Part shown: positions 24,280 through 36,430 of the stretch, one piece after another
How positions within the stretch are numbered: position 1 is the first letter of the stretch
Layout of the letters: the number at the start of each line of letters is the position of its first letter
NCBI GenBank assembly: GCA_951406725.2
Contig: OX597814.1
Coordinates: 194,804,001-194,868,000 of the forward strand
DNA from: Octopus vulgaris
Taxonomy: Eukaryota
Length of the DNA stretch: 64,000 bases
Direction of reading: 5' to 3'
Made by a program: the position numbers and the translations under genes
Notes under the pieces: generated by a model
Seen by the model: only the letters and a program-made list of their open reading frames with translations
The model's database searches: none
Told to the model about the DNA's origin: nothing

Positions 24280-24630
24280 TGTAGGGAAGTGGCTAAGAAC
24301 TCTACACCCACAAAGTTCCCAGGAATGATGGGTGATGGATGGTTAAATTAGGAAAGACTTCACAAATTATCTTTTTTGTAGGGCTTCAGAGACTTTTGGG
24401 GAAGGGAGAAAGTTATCCTCAGAGCAAAGAACCTACCACAAATACTCTGTGTAGGGAAGTGGCTAAGAACTCTACACCCACAAAGTTCCCAGGAATTATG
24501 GGTGGAGATTATGGATGATGGATAGTTAAATTAGGAAAGACTCCACAAATTATCATTTTTGTAGGGCTTCAGAGGCTTTTGGGGAAGGGAGAAAGTTATC
24601 CTTCTAGCAAGAACCTACCACAAATACTCT
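24280..24630. repeat. Tandem duplication of about 170 bp
   Basis: TGTAGGGAAGTGGCTAAGAAC...CAAATACTCT at 24280 and 24450. Confidence 0.92.
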
Positions 24631-26157
24631 TTGAGGAATCTTTTAGTCAGGAGGAAAGGTGGTATGCATGATCCTTCACATGGCCTCCAAGAGGCATGGG
24701 AGGGAGGAAGATATTCTCAAACCAGAGACATGGTATGGCTTATTGCAACAGGAATTACAGATACTTACATATTTTAATTTAATTTGCATGGTAAGGCGGC
24801 AAGCTGGCAGAATCATTACCAGAGTTGGTAAAATGTTTAGTGGTATTTCTTCTCATTCTACATTCTGAGTTCAAATGCTTTCATCCTTTTGAGGGTTGAT
24901 GAAATAAGTACCAGTTGAGCACTAGGGCCGATGTAATTGATTTATCGCCTCCCCCAAAATTGCTGGCCTTGTGCTGAAATTTAAAACCAATATACTTTGC
25001 ATTGTGTAATTTGAGAATTTTTTAGTGATATATCGTAAAGCTATGCATAAAAACACAAACGCATAGATAGCTACAGATAGATATACAGAGAGATATACAG
25101 ATATATAGAGAGACAGATAGATATACAGATAGATGGATAGATTGATAGACAGACAAATAGAAAGAAAGAATGCGAAAAGGATAATTTTGACAGGAAATTT
25201 CTACTAAAACTCAGTCAGCTGACTGTGTGGAGGAGCAGGGAGAAGAGGGTTGTAGAATTGTGTATGCGTGTGTGTGTGTGTATGTGTGTGTGTATAAATA
25301 ATATAAACAGTGTAAGTTTGTATAATACTACCAAGAGGTTTAATATACTATTGTAATGAAATTATCGAAAGAAATTTATTTTATTTTCAAACATAAGTAT
25401 CATGTGACACTCGTACATATATTACATATTTATATATGTATAAACATATGCTTCCACACACACATACACACACAAGCATACAACTATATACATACACTTG
25501 ACATATATACGTGCATGTTAAAATCTATTCACATAAACATACATACATCTGTGAACACATGACCTCATGATCCTATAGTAGGACAGCCAGCCATCATGGC
25601 AATATTTACTATGCTTTTGCTGATATTTTATAGGTGAAGGCACATGGCTCAGTAGTTGGAGTGTTGGGTTTATAATCATGAGGTTGTGAGTTCGATTCCT
25701 GGACAGGGCTGTATATTGTGTTTTTGAACAAGGCACTTTATTTCACATTGCTCCAGTGGAAACAGCTGCCAAGTTGTATCGGACTTTACCTTTCCTTTGA
25801 TGCATGGAGAAGGGAGTCTGGTATGCATGGGTGACTGCTGGTCTTCAATAAACAACCTTGCACGGACTTGTGCCTCAGAGGGTAACTTACCAGCTGCAAT
25901 TTCATGGTCATTTAATGACTGAAGGGGATCTTTACCTTTCCTATATTGCTGGGAGCAGAAATAGACATTCTCTTGGCTGCCTTAGCCATGACTCTATGGA
26001 GCATCCAAGATGTGACATTTGGAGATAGAGACTCCATTGTCTTTCCTGACATGTTTTCTATGGCTAGATGTCCTTCCTAACACATTACAATGTATACTTG
26101 GTGCTTTGTACAAGGCACTAGCACAATTCCTTATTAGAGGGCACCAGCACTTATTAT

Positions 26158-26820
26158 GTGGTACTAGCACTAGTGCTTTTATGTGGCACTGGCACCAGTG
26201 CTGTTTACGTGGTACCGGCACCAGTGCTGTTTACGTGGTACCGGCACCAGTGCTGTTTACGTGGTACCGGCACCAGTGCTTTTATGTGGCACTGGCACCA
26301 GTGCTGTTTACGTGGTACCGGCACCAGTGCTGTTTATGTGGTACAGGCACCAGTGCTTTTTAGCTGGCACCAGCACCAGTACTTTTTACATGGCACCAGC
26401 ACCAGTGCTTTTTACGTGGTACCAGCACCAGTGCTGTTTACGTGGTACAGGCACCAGTGCTTTTTAGCTGGCACCAGCACCAGTACTTTTTACATGGCAC
26501 CAGCACCAGTGCTTTTTATGTGGTACCAGCACCAGTGCTGTTTATGTGGTACAGGCACCAGTGCTTTTTAGCTGGCACCAGCACCAGTACTTTTTACATG
26601 GCACCAGCACCAGTGCTGTTTACGTGGTACCGGCACCAGTGCTGTTTACGTGGTACCGGCACCAGTGCTTTTATGTGGCACTGGCACCAGTACTTTTTAC
26701 ATGGCACCAGCACCAGTGCTGTTTATGTGGTACCAGCACCAGTGCTGTTTACGTGGTACAGGCACCAGTGCTTTTTACGTGATACCGGCACCAGTGCTTT
26801 TTACGTGGCACCATCACCAG
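26158..26820. repeat. 26 bp minisatellite (about 25 units) with a 104 bp higher-order repeat, attached to a minus-strand family A remnant
   Basis: Unit GTGGTACCGGCACCAGTGCTGTTTAC; variant GTACAGG at 26341, 26445 and 26549. Confidence 0.93.
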
Positions 26821-26839
26821 TAATAATATGTATACATAT

Positions 26840-27055
26840 GGTGGTGAGCTGGCAGAACCATTAGCCCACCAGACTAAATAATTAGCAGCATTTCCTCCAT
26901 CCTTATGTGTCTGAGTTCAAATTCTGCTGAGGTCGACTTTGCCTTTCATCCTTTTGAGGTCAATAAAATAAGTACCAGTTAAGCACTGGGGGCCAATGTA
27001 ATCAACTTACCACCTCCCCACCAAATTTCGGGACTTGTGCCTATAGTAGAAAGGA
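26840..27055 (+). mobile_element. Family M SINE, tail B
   Basis: Head, B-box and core present. Confidence 0.82.
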
Positions 27056-27527
27056 TTAATGGTGTGTGTGTGTGTACATGTGCATGCGTGCGTGTGTGTG
27101 TGTGTATTCTTCAGCTGTACCTGTTTGGCGAGTTATTTGATGTGAGGTTTGTGCATTGTGACTCTAACGATGATTATTATTCACATAGACCGAATGTAGT
27201 TGTCAGACTGTTACGTTCACAATTACTATATCATTGTTTTGCATTAATAAATGTAGGTTATTTTCTTATCAAAGCCTTTCATCATTCTTCAGTGACCTTG
27301 TCTCTGCCACCCTACTTTAGTCGCTCTCTGCATGTCACAATAATACCTCCTTATTTCTGAATGTCAGTTGTTGCTCACAAGCAAGTGTGATTCCTAGCTT
27401 GCACATAGCTTTTTACACTAATTGCTTTAGCTGTCTCTCTCTGTGCCCATATGGTTGTGATGAGATAAGATGCCCTCTTGGCCCTGCCACTTTTGACATG
27501 GAGGAACATGCATACATGTTTGTGTGT

Positions 27528-27576
<49 letters not shown>

Positions 27577-27833
27577 GCCTAGTGGTCAGGCTGTTGCACT
27601 CACAGTTTCAAGGTTGTGGTTTCAATTCCTGCATGGTACACTGTGTTCTTGAGCAAATCACTTCAGCTTGCCTTGCATTACTCTGCGTTCACTTCGACAC
27701 CTAATGCATGATATGCAGTTCACCTGTTTGGGCAATGTCAATTTGATGGAGAGGGTGAGCTAATGTACAACACATACATTCGATTACTATAAACAAATCA
27801 TTTGTGCCTGTCAGGGTTGACTTTGCCTTTCAT

Positions 27834-27873
<40 letters not shown>

Positions 27874-28113
27874 TAAGTACTGGGCTTACAAAAGAATAAG
27901 TCCCGGGGTCGATTTGCTCGACTAAAGGCGGTGCTCCAGCATGGCCACAGTCAAATGACTAAAACAAGTAAAAGAGTAAAAGAGTATATATATATTTGTG
28001 CAGGTCGTTCAGCAATGGCTGAACATTCAATATGTTGTCTTCGATAGTAGAGTCCAGGCCTAGTGGTCAGGGTGTTGCATTCACAATTCGAAGATTGTGA
28101 TTTCAGTGTTGAA

Positions 28114-28338
28114 ATCCTCCCTCTCATATGTGACCCTTCTGTCCGAAGTCAATCGCCATGATAGATCGTTAGCCACTACACACATTTTTTTCTCTCCTTG
28201 CTTTTTCTGTGTCCCTTTCTGTAAAAGAGCGTAGGCTCGAAACGTAAAAGACTTTTTTCTATTCCTGAGCGTTATACTAATACATCTGTTTGTTTTGTAC
28301 ACCACCTGTCTTTGTCTTTTGCTTTTTTCGTAAACTCT

Positions 28339-28341
<3 letters not shown>
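28114..28341 (+). mobile_element. Penelope-like terminal (pseudo-LTR) fragment ending at (TA)n
   Basis: Homologous to 31428-31625 and 54088-54347; carries a minimal hammerhead-like motif. Confidence 0.65.
28215..28250 (+). ncRNA. Minimal type I hammerhead-like motif (variant core)
   Basis: CTTT-CTGTAAA-A-GAGC-gtag-GCTC-GAAA-CG-TA-AAAG. Confidence 0.55.
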
Positions 28342-28380
<39 letters not shown>

Positions 28381-29406
28381 CTTTCTTCGACAGGAGAGTC
28401 CAGGCTTAGTGGTCAGGGTGTTGCACTCACAATTCCAAGATTGTGATTTCAGTGTTGAACTGGACTGGTGGGACCAATGTTGTTGATGTTCAGCTTAAAC
28501 AAACTAGGGCCATGGTGGTGGTGGTGGTGGGGGGGAATAAGAAATGAGCTGGGAGGGACTTTATGGGTAGGAGGGATTAGGGCCAGTAGTTAATGAAAGG
28601 CATATGAAGGGCTACACATAAAATGGATGATGAGAAATGAGGCAAATGATTGGATGCATTTGCACTGAGGAGCAGGGACCACTTGTGCTTTTTCTGTTGT
28701 AGACATTATTATCATCATCAGTTAATGTCCATTTTTCCCATGCTCGTAAGGGTCAGATGGAATTTGTTGAGATATGATTTCTATGGACAGGTTCCCTTCT
28801 TGTCACCGACCATCAGGCGATGGTCTAGACAAGGGTGTACACACATGCACACACAATGGGCTTCTTTCAGTTTCCATCTATCTAATCCACTTACAAAGCT
28901 TTTGGCTGGTTTGAAGTTATAGTTGAAGACATTTGCCCCAAGGTATCACACAGTGAGACTGAACTGAAGTTCACACAGTTGGCTATCAGATTTTTAACCT
29001 GATAGCCACACCTGTACCTACCAGTTACACGCAGCCCGGTCCGGGATTCGAACTCACAAACTCACAATCGTAAGCTCGACACCCTAATCACTGAGCCATG
29101 TACCTTCACTAATTTTATCGATTCATGTATATATCATCATCATCAGCATCATCATCATCTAACGTCCGTTTTCCATGCTACGACCAGGGTCTGGGAAGCT
29201 ATGGAGGCTGCACCAGGCTCTAGTCTGATTTGGCAGTGTTTCTACAGCTGAATGCCCTTCCTAACACCAACCACTCCGTGAATGTAGTGGGTGTTTTTTA
29301 CGTGCCACCGGCACCGGCCAGAGCAGGCTGGCAAACGGCAACGATCGGTTGGTGCTTTTACAGATGCCAGTCAGGCGGCACATATATACATACACACACA
29401 CAAATA

Positions 29407-29590
29407 CAATGGGGTGCTGAAAAGTTCTTGGCTCCAAGGGTATCGCAAAAGGCCTGATTGGAGGCCCAACCTTCTGAGTTCTTCTATAGAGCTTAGGAAA
29501 ACTGAAGGACAGCTGCAATAGGTGTGAGAATTTGAGAGGGGGATAAGTTGAATAAAATGTAAAATTGTTTTTATTATAAATAACTGAACA
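29407..29590. mobile_element. mariner-type MITE, one end decayed
   Basis: GGGGTGCTGAAAAGTTCTTGGCT TIR; inverted homolog of 39749-40126. Confidence 0.65.
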
Positions 29591-29655
29591 TAGAGAATAA
29601 ATAAATATACAAACGTAAACAATAAGCATATTCATAAATTGATAAACAAATATGA

Positions 29656-29656
<1 letters not shown>

Positions 29657-29701
<45 letters not shown>

Positions 29702-30278
29702 TACACTCACGTGTATATGTATATATATATACACACACACATAAACACATACTCATGTGTACATATATATATACACACGTGTGTGTTTGTATATATATAT
29801 ATGTATATATATATCTGTGTGTGTATGTGTATGTGTGTGTGTATATACATGTGTGTGTGTATATACATGTGTGTGTATATATACATGTGTGTGTGTATAT
29901 ACATATGTGTGTGTGTGTATATACATACGTGTGTGTGTGTGTGTGTATATACATACGTGTGTGTGTGTGTGTATATATACATACGTGTGTGTGTATATAC
30001 ATACGTGTGTGTGTATATACATACGTGTGTGTGTGTATACATACGTGTGTGTGTATATACATACGTATGTGTGTGTGTATATACATACGTATGTGTGTGT
30101 GTATATACATACGTGTGTGTGTGTATATACATACGTGTGTGTGTATATACATACGTGTGTGTGTGTGTATATACATACGTGTGTGTGTGTATATACATAC
30201 GTGTGTGTGTGTATACATACGTGTGTGTGTGTATATACATACGTGTGTGTGTGTATATATGTATGTATGTATATATAT
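29657..30278. repeat. (TG)n/(TA)n-derived minisatellite, unit about (GT)nATATACATAC
   Basis: Directly visible. Confidence 0.95.
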
Positions 30279-30543
30279 TTATAGTACCAAATGACATGCT
30301 GCCAGTGTCAGTGCAATGAGATACAAAGGCAACCTTTGAACTATCAGACTATCAAAGCTGATTGTCACCTGCTGATAAGTTAGAATTTCGTGTAGCATTT
30401 GGTAGTGTTCTTGTGAATTCACAGGGCACCTTCTAACGAGTTTACATTGTGAAAGTGTAATCTGTTTGTTTTCCAGGGCCTTCAAGAAGTTGTTCTCTAC
30501 ATTTAGACTGGTAAGAAATTTGATTAAACTTCCTTTAAAGTAA

Positions 30544-30576
<33 letters not shown>

Positions 30577-30690
30577 TCTCTCTCTTTCTCTCGGCTAATA
30601 TGTTGTATTTTCTTTTACTTGTTTCACTCATATGATTGTGACCATGCTGGGGCACTACTTTGAAATGTTTAGTGAACAAATTGCGAACAA

Positions 30691-31165
30691 TAGGCGTAGG
30701 AGTGGCTGTGTGGTAAGTAGCTTGCTTACCAACCACATGGTTCCGGGTTCAGTCCCACTGCGTGGCACCTTGGGCAAGTGTCTTCTACTATAGCCTCGGG
30801 TCGACCAAAGCCTTGTGAGTGGATTTGGTAGACGGAAACTGAAAGAAGCCCGTTGTATATATGTGTATGTGTATGTATATATATATATGTATGTGTATGT
30901 ATGTATATATATGTATGTGTATATATATATGTGTGTGTGCGTATATGTTTGTGTGTCTGTGTTTGTCCCCACCAACATCACTTGACAACCCATGCTGGTA
31001 TGTTTACATCCCCCCGTAACTTAGTTCGGCAAAGAGACCAATAGAATAATTACTAAGCTTACAAAAAATAAGTCCTGGGGTCGATTTGCTCGACTAAAGG
31101 TGGTGCTCCAGCATGGCCACAGACAAATGACTGAAACAAGTGAAAGAGTAAGAGTAAAAGAGTAA
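30691..31165 (+). mobile_element. Family C1 SINE, full length
   Basis: Complete head to (GAGTAAAA)n tail. Confidence 0.9.
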
Positions 31166-31490
31166 ATTTATTCTGGTACTTATTCTATCAAGGATGTAAA
31201 CAAACCGACACTGTCAAGTGGTGGTGGGACAAATATGCACACAAAGATACACATACTCAAACACACACATATATTCAACAGGCTTCCATGCAGTTTCTAT
31301 CAAGTTCACTTACAAAACATCAGTTGACCTAGGGCTGTAGAAGACACTTGCTCAATGTGCCATACACAATTCCACATGGTTGTAGAGCAAGCTTCTTAAC
31401 CACACAGCTATGCGTATATATATATATTCGCTAGCTTCTGCATGCATTTTTTTTCTCTCCTTGTTTCTCTCCGTGTTTCTTTTCTGTGTA

Positions 31491-31528
31491 TCTTTCTGTT
31501 GAAGAGCGTAGACTCGAAACATAAAAGA
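31491..31528 (+). ncRNA. Minimal hammerhead-like motif in Penelope-like fragment 31428-31625
   Basis: TCTTT-CTGTTGA-A-GAGC-gtag-ACTC-GAAA-CA-TA-AAAGA. Confidence 0.5.
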
Positions 31529-31642
31529 CTTGTTTTATTTATATTCCTGAGCACCATACTAATACAATTGTTTGTTTGTATTCCACCTGCCTTCGTCTTT
31601 TGTTTATTTTCATAAAGCTTCCCATTTTATATATATATATAT

Positions 31643-32182
31643 ATCATCATCATCATCATCATCATTGTTTAACATCTGCTTTCCATGCTAGCATGGGTTG
31701 GACGATTTGACCGCGGGCTGGCGAACCAGATGGCTGCACCAGGCTCATATCTTGATTTGGCAGAGTTTCTACAGCTTGATGCCCTTCCTAACACCAACCA
31801 CTCCAAGAGTGTAGTGGGTGCTTTTACATGCCACCGGCACGGGGGGGGGGGGCAGTCAACGACCTTGCAATGACCTCACTCAAATCTTTTTACACATGCC
31901 ACCGGCACAGGTGCCAGTAAGGTGATGCTGGTAATGATCACTCTCAAATGGTGTCTTTTACATGTCACCGGCACGGAAGCCAGTTAGCCGCTCTGGTAAC
32001 GATCATGCTCAGATAGTGCTTTTAGCACCCTACTTGCATGGGGCTCAAGTGCCAGTAAGGTGATGCTGGTAACAATCACACTCAAATGGTGCCTTTTATG
32101 TGCCACTGGCACGGAAGCCAGTTAGCTGCTCTGTCAACGATCACACTTGTATGGTGATCTTTGCACCCCGCTAGCACGGATA
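31643..32182 (-). mobile_element. Family A element with about 6 diverged array units
   Basis: (CAT)n, RTE-type segment, then repeated TGCCACCGGCAC modules. Confidence 0.82.
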
Positions 32183-32274
32183 TCTATATATTAGAAAGTA
32201 AAAGCAGGAAAAATTATATCATAAAAACCACAGTAGAGTTACACCCATAATATAAATAATATTGTATTAATAAA

Positions 32275-34530
32275 TCTCTTATTATAAAAGGCAGATTTTA
32301 TCTGCCTCCCTTTGTCAGTTATAGAAATCTACAATATAGGATTTCTTCAATTACAATTTACCTAGCATTTTTAAGAGTAGAATGCATCGAGTCATGCCAG
32401 GTCCAGTTTTTAAAATTTAAACTCCAATTAAGCAAAATTTACAGAAAACTCACATTCTGGTGTGTATGTCAAATGCTTTTCTTAATGTGGTTTACACCAC
32501 ATGCACACACACAGTGTGCAACGAATAAAGTGAAAGTAATTCACTGTGTGTGTGTTGACAGGTAGACAATAGAATGCGATGGCGATGTAATATTTGTTTC
32601 TGTCTATCACGCTGATAGATACATGAGTAAAATGTATGGCAAGCTAAGAGATAAGAGTGAGTGAAAATGTTCTTGGAAGAGAGTAAATAGCGACAGAGTG
32701 ATTTGAGGAAGACTAAACTGAAAGTATTTCTATAAAACGGATCACTCATGCTATCAACATAATTTCTCCCACTTTCTCTTTGCAAGTGTACCTTAAACCA
32801 CTACTCAAAAAATAAAAAAACACAGCAAACAGAAACAAATAAATACATAACGATTTACTCCTCACACAATTTCTTCAATTAGAGTTTACCTAAGATTTTT
32901 CAAAGTACTACATTCGGTCATGCCATAACAAATTTCTTTCAATTTCACCCCCAATTAAGACAAAATTCGAGAAAACTCAATATTTTAACATTTCACTCTG
33001 AAAGCATTGATGTACATGTGTGCGTGCGTGAGTGTGTGTGTGTGTGTGTGTGTGTTTGTTTGATGGGTTGTGCGACACAGAAAGTGTGGTGTGTATGTGA
33101 AGTGCTTTTGTTAGTGTGTGTAAAGAGACAGAGAGAGTGAAAGACAGAAATAACTGAACTTTTTTTATTCACTTTTTGTAGTGAGTGACTGAGAGAGAAA
33201 AGAGAGAGAGAGGTTATGTATGTATATATGTATGTATGGCTTCAGTGACACACACACACAAAAACACATACCTACGTACACCTAAAGCACGCACACACAC
33301 ACACACAAGCGGAGCGCGAACTTCAAAATTTTGGTAGTATTAATTTGCGAGCGTACTTCTAAGCACGCGTAATTGAAAGTTTTCACTATGATATCATCAC
33401 GTGCGAAAAAATTCGAAGGGTTTTGAACAATTGAGATACAGATGTCAGGCCTGTATTGAAACCATTGCTAAGCTGCCGTAATTGCTTAATTAAGACTTTG
33501 TTTAAATTGAAAGGGGCAAATATGTGACGAGGTTGAAAAAAAAATACCCCAGAAAAAAAATGTACTGCTGGTATTTATATAATTCACTACTATTTTGCTA
33601 CAATGTCAAGAAAAAGAAAGAAATTTAGGTATGTACAACATATATTATACATTTTTTCTATTCATTCAACGAAAATAAAAAAATCGAATTTGCCACCCCC
33701 TTTTCCCCGTTCGCGTTTGTGTAAAAAAAATTATTATATAAGTTTTAAAAATTATTTACTTTGTTCAAAAAATATTAATATTAATTAATTTTCAAGAATT
33801 ATTTAATTTTATTCTGTAAAATAGTAATTAATTCATTTATCTGTAAATCCGCGAGGTTGTTACTCAGGCACCTAGAAATAGCAGCCAGATTTTTATATTC
33901 TAAATAATTTGCAATTTCAAAAAATATATTAATTTTGCATTATTTAATTTGATAAATTCTACGGAATAATTTTGCGCGTTATATACGTTCGCGTTTCTGT
34001 AAAAAAAAGTAATTATTTAAGGGCGATCGAGTATCGAGTACCTACGTCTGGCTCGCACGCGCGAATCCGCGTGTGCGTAACCGGGACCACTCTGCGATAC
34101 AAGTACCCATATATACATCCATACATACATGTGTGTGTGTGTCTATGTATGTGTATTAATGTGTGTGTGTTATCTCTATATAAAGCTAAAGTTGTCTGTG
34201 TGCGCCACGTTTGGTAACCTTCAACTAACACTATCTCCTCCGAGACCCTGCGGCGCAAGTTGACCAAAATTGAGAGTATGATAGAAGAAGGGTTGCTCTT
34301 CCTTCCGTAGAACATAAAATTCAAATTGGACCATGTTAACACCAAAAATTATTTACATCAAAAAGATGCTTTTTTCTATGAAAATCCCTATTTTTTACGA
34401 TTTTTTCACTGCTGTGTCGCCACTTTTCGGTGTATTTCGACCAGAAAAATGTTCACAAAATTTTTACTTTTCAAAATTACAATTCCAGCGGGTCGAAACA
34501 AACCCGAGCAACGCCGGGCGATACTGCTAG
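32275..34530 (+). mobile_element. Composite non-autonomous Helitron
   Basis: A|TCTCTTATTATAAAAG start; 3' hairpin CCCGAGCAACGCCGGG at 34503-34518, then CTAG|T; no TSD. Confidence 0.6.
34173..34530 (+). mobile_element. Short non-autonomous Helitron
   Basis: A|TCTCTATATAAAG start, GC hairpin, CTAG|T end. Confidence 0.8.
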
Positions 34531-35261
34531 TAAATACATAAAGTATAGCTATGATTATAAACATTTGAGAGATCTTACGATCATTTCATGAATATACTGC
34601 CTTTCAAAATGAAATCCAAAGTAGATAACCATTATCAGGAAGTACATCCACTCATCAGAGAAAAGGATGAATTTCCATGTAGTAGGTTGAATGATAGAGA
34701 TGCTATTTAAAATCATATGAAAAGTGTTGTTTATATGTATGTATGTATGTACACAAGGTGACTGTGCTAAGCAGTGATGCTGAAAGCATATTTGAACTCA
34801 TTAGAAAGGTGTTCATTGTATTTTGTCATGGAGAAAATTTCTCACTGTTGACATCCAACCAAACTGTAGGATGCACGCATTTCACAGTGGTTATTTCTTC
34901 TTCAGCACCAGAAACCGGAAAGCTAGATGCTGTGAACTGACATGGAAGACAGGGCACCCCTTATTATATTCCTGTCATTCAATGACTGGTTGGTTGCACT
35001 ATTCAGTGTCTGGCCCCCCTTATTATATTCTGTCATTCAATGACTGGTTGGTTGCACTATTCAGTGGCTCACCGTAAATAAAATATGTAGCGTGATGTGT
35101 ATAGATACAAGTAATGTGCATGGATAAGCAGTGATGTGTATAGATACAAACTTGCTCATTTAACTTTTTTTTTTTTGCTAAACTACCAGACCATGAAGCT
35201 GCTTTTCCTGTCGGCACTATTACATGTCAATTTTCTCATGAATAATTTTCCTGGTTTCTAT

Positions 35262-35478
35262 GTTAGTTAGTTAGTTAGTTAGTTAGTTAATTTTTGGCTC
35301 AAAAGCAAAAAGCAAGGCCATATAGGGGGAGATGGAATCAAGTACAGGGTGGTGTTCATGTAAAGAGTTCAGGCCTCTTGAGGTCAAGGGAGACCTTGAA
35401 CAAAGCTGTCGTCGGCATCTTCACCATCTCGTCTGGCAGCTTGTTCCACGGATCTGCAACCCGGACGGAGAAAGCTCC
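35262..35478 (-). mobile_element. CR1-clade LINE 3' end
   Basis: Translates GAFSVRVADPWNKLPDEMVKMPTTALFKVSLD; (TAAC)n tail. Confidence 0.85.
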
Positions 35479-35614
35479 GTCATTTCCTGCTATTGAAATT
35501 TGTTGGGGTTTTGGTTCAGATGTTATATGTCTTCTTGAATTATGTTTGTATGAAATGTTTTGACCTAATAAATGTGATTTTAGGTACCTAAACTCATACT
35601 TACCTTGAAATCAA

Positions 35615-36062
35615 ACTTGGTGACTGGCATCTGTTGCTAGTGGAGCACTAAGAGTACCATATGAGTGAGATCGTTGCCAGAGCAACAAGTTGGCTTTCGT
35701 GCTGATGGCATGTTAAACACATCATTCGAGCGTGATCGTTACCGTGTTGCCTTACTAGCACTTGTGCTGGTGGCACATGAAAGATTTGAGCGAGGTCATC
35801 GCCAGTGCCGCTAGACTGGCTCCTGTGCAGGTGGCACATAAAAAGCACCATTTGGGCGTGGCCATTGCCTGTACCACCAAACTGGCCCTTATGCCGGTGG
35901 CACGTAAAAGCACCCACTACACTCTTGGAGTGGTTGGTGTTAGGAAGGGCATCCAGCTGTAGAAACTCTGCCAGATCAGATTGGAGTCTGGTTCGTCAGA
36001 CCTCAGTCAAATCGTCCAACCCATGCTAGCATGGAAAGTGGACGTTAAATGATGATGATGAT
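35615..36062 (+). mobile_element. Family A element with 5 diverged array units
   Basis: Ordered units, RTE-type segment, (GAT)n. Confidence 0.82.
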
Positions 36063-36430
36063 TTAGTTTTTTTGAGAATACAAAAACATATACAATAGGC
36101 ACAGGTATAGCTGTGTGGTTAAGATGTTTGCTTCTCAGTCACATGATAATGGGTTCAGTCCCTCAGCATAGTACCTTCGGCAAAGTGTCTTTTTATTTTG
36201 ACATCTTTTTTTTCTTTTACTTGCTTCAGTCATTAGACTATGGCCATGCTGGGGCACTGCCTTTGAGGAATTTCAGTCAAATGAATTGACTGAGTTTTTT
36301 TTTTACCTGGTACTTATTTTATTGATATCTTCTGTGAAACTGCTAAGTTACAAGGATATAAGCACATCAGCACCGGTTGTCAAGTGATGATAGGGGACAG
36401 ACACAAACACACACATAATTATATATAAAT

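Noticed and set aside
26019-26864. Repetitive Cys/Thr-rich ORFs
   Set aside because: Frame-cycling translation of the 26 bp repeat.
29574-30319. Long ORFs (175-226 aa) in several frames; similar ones at 49074-49816 and 60097-60483
   Set aside because: Stop-free translations of TA/TG/CA minisatellites.
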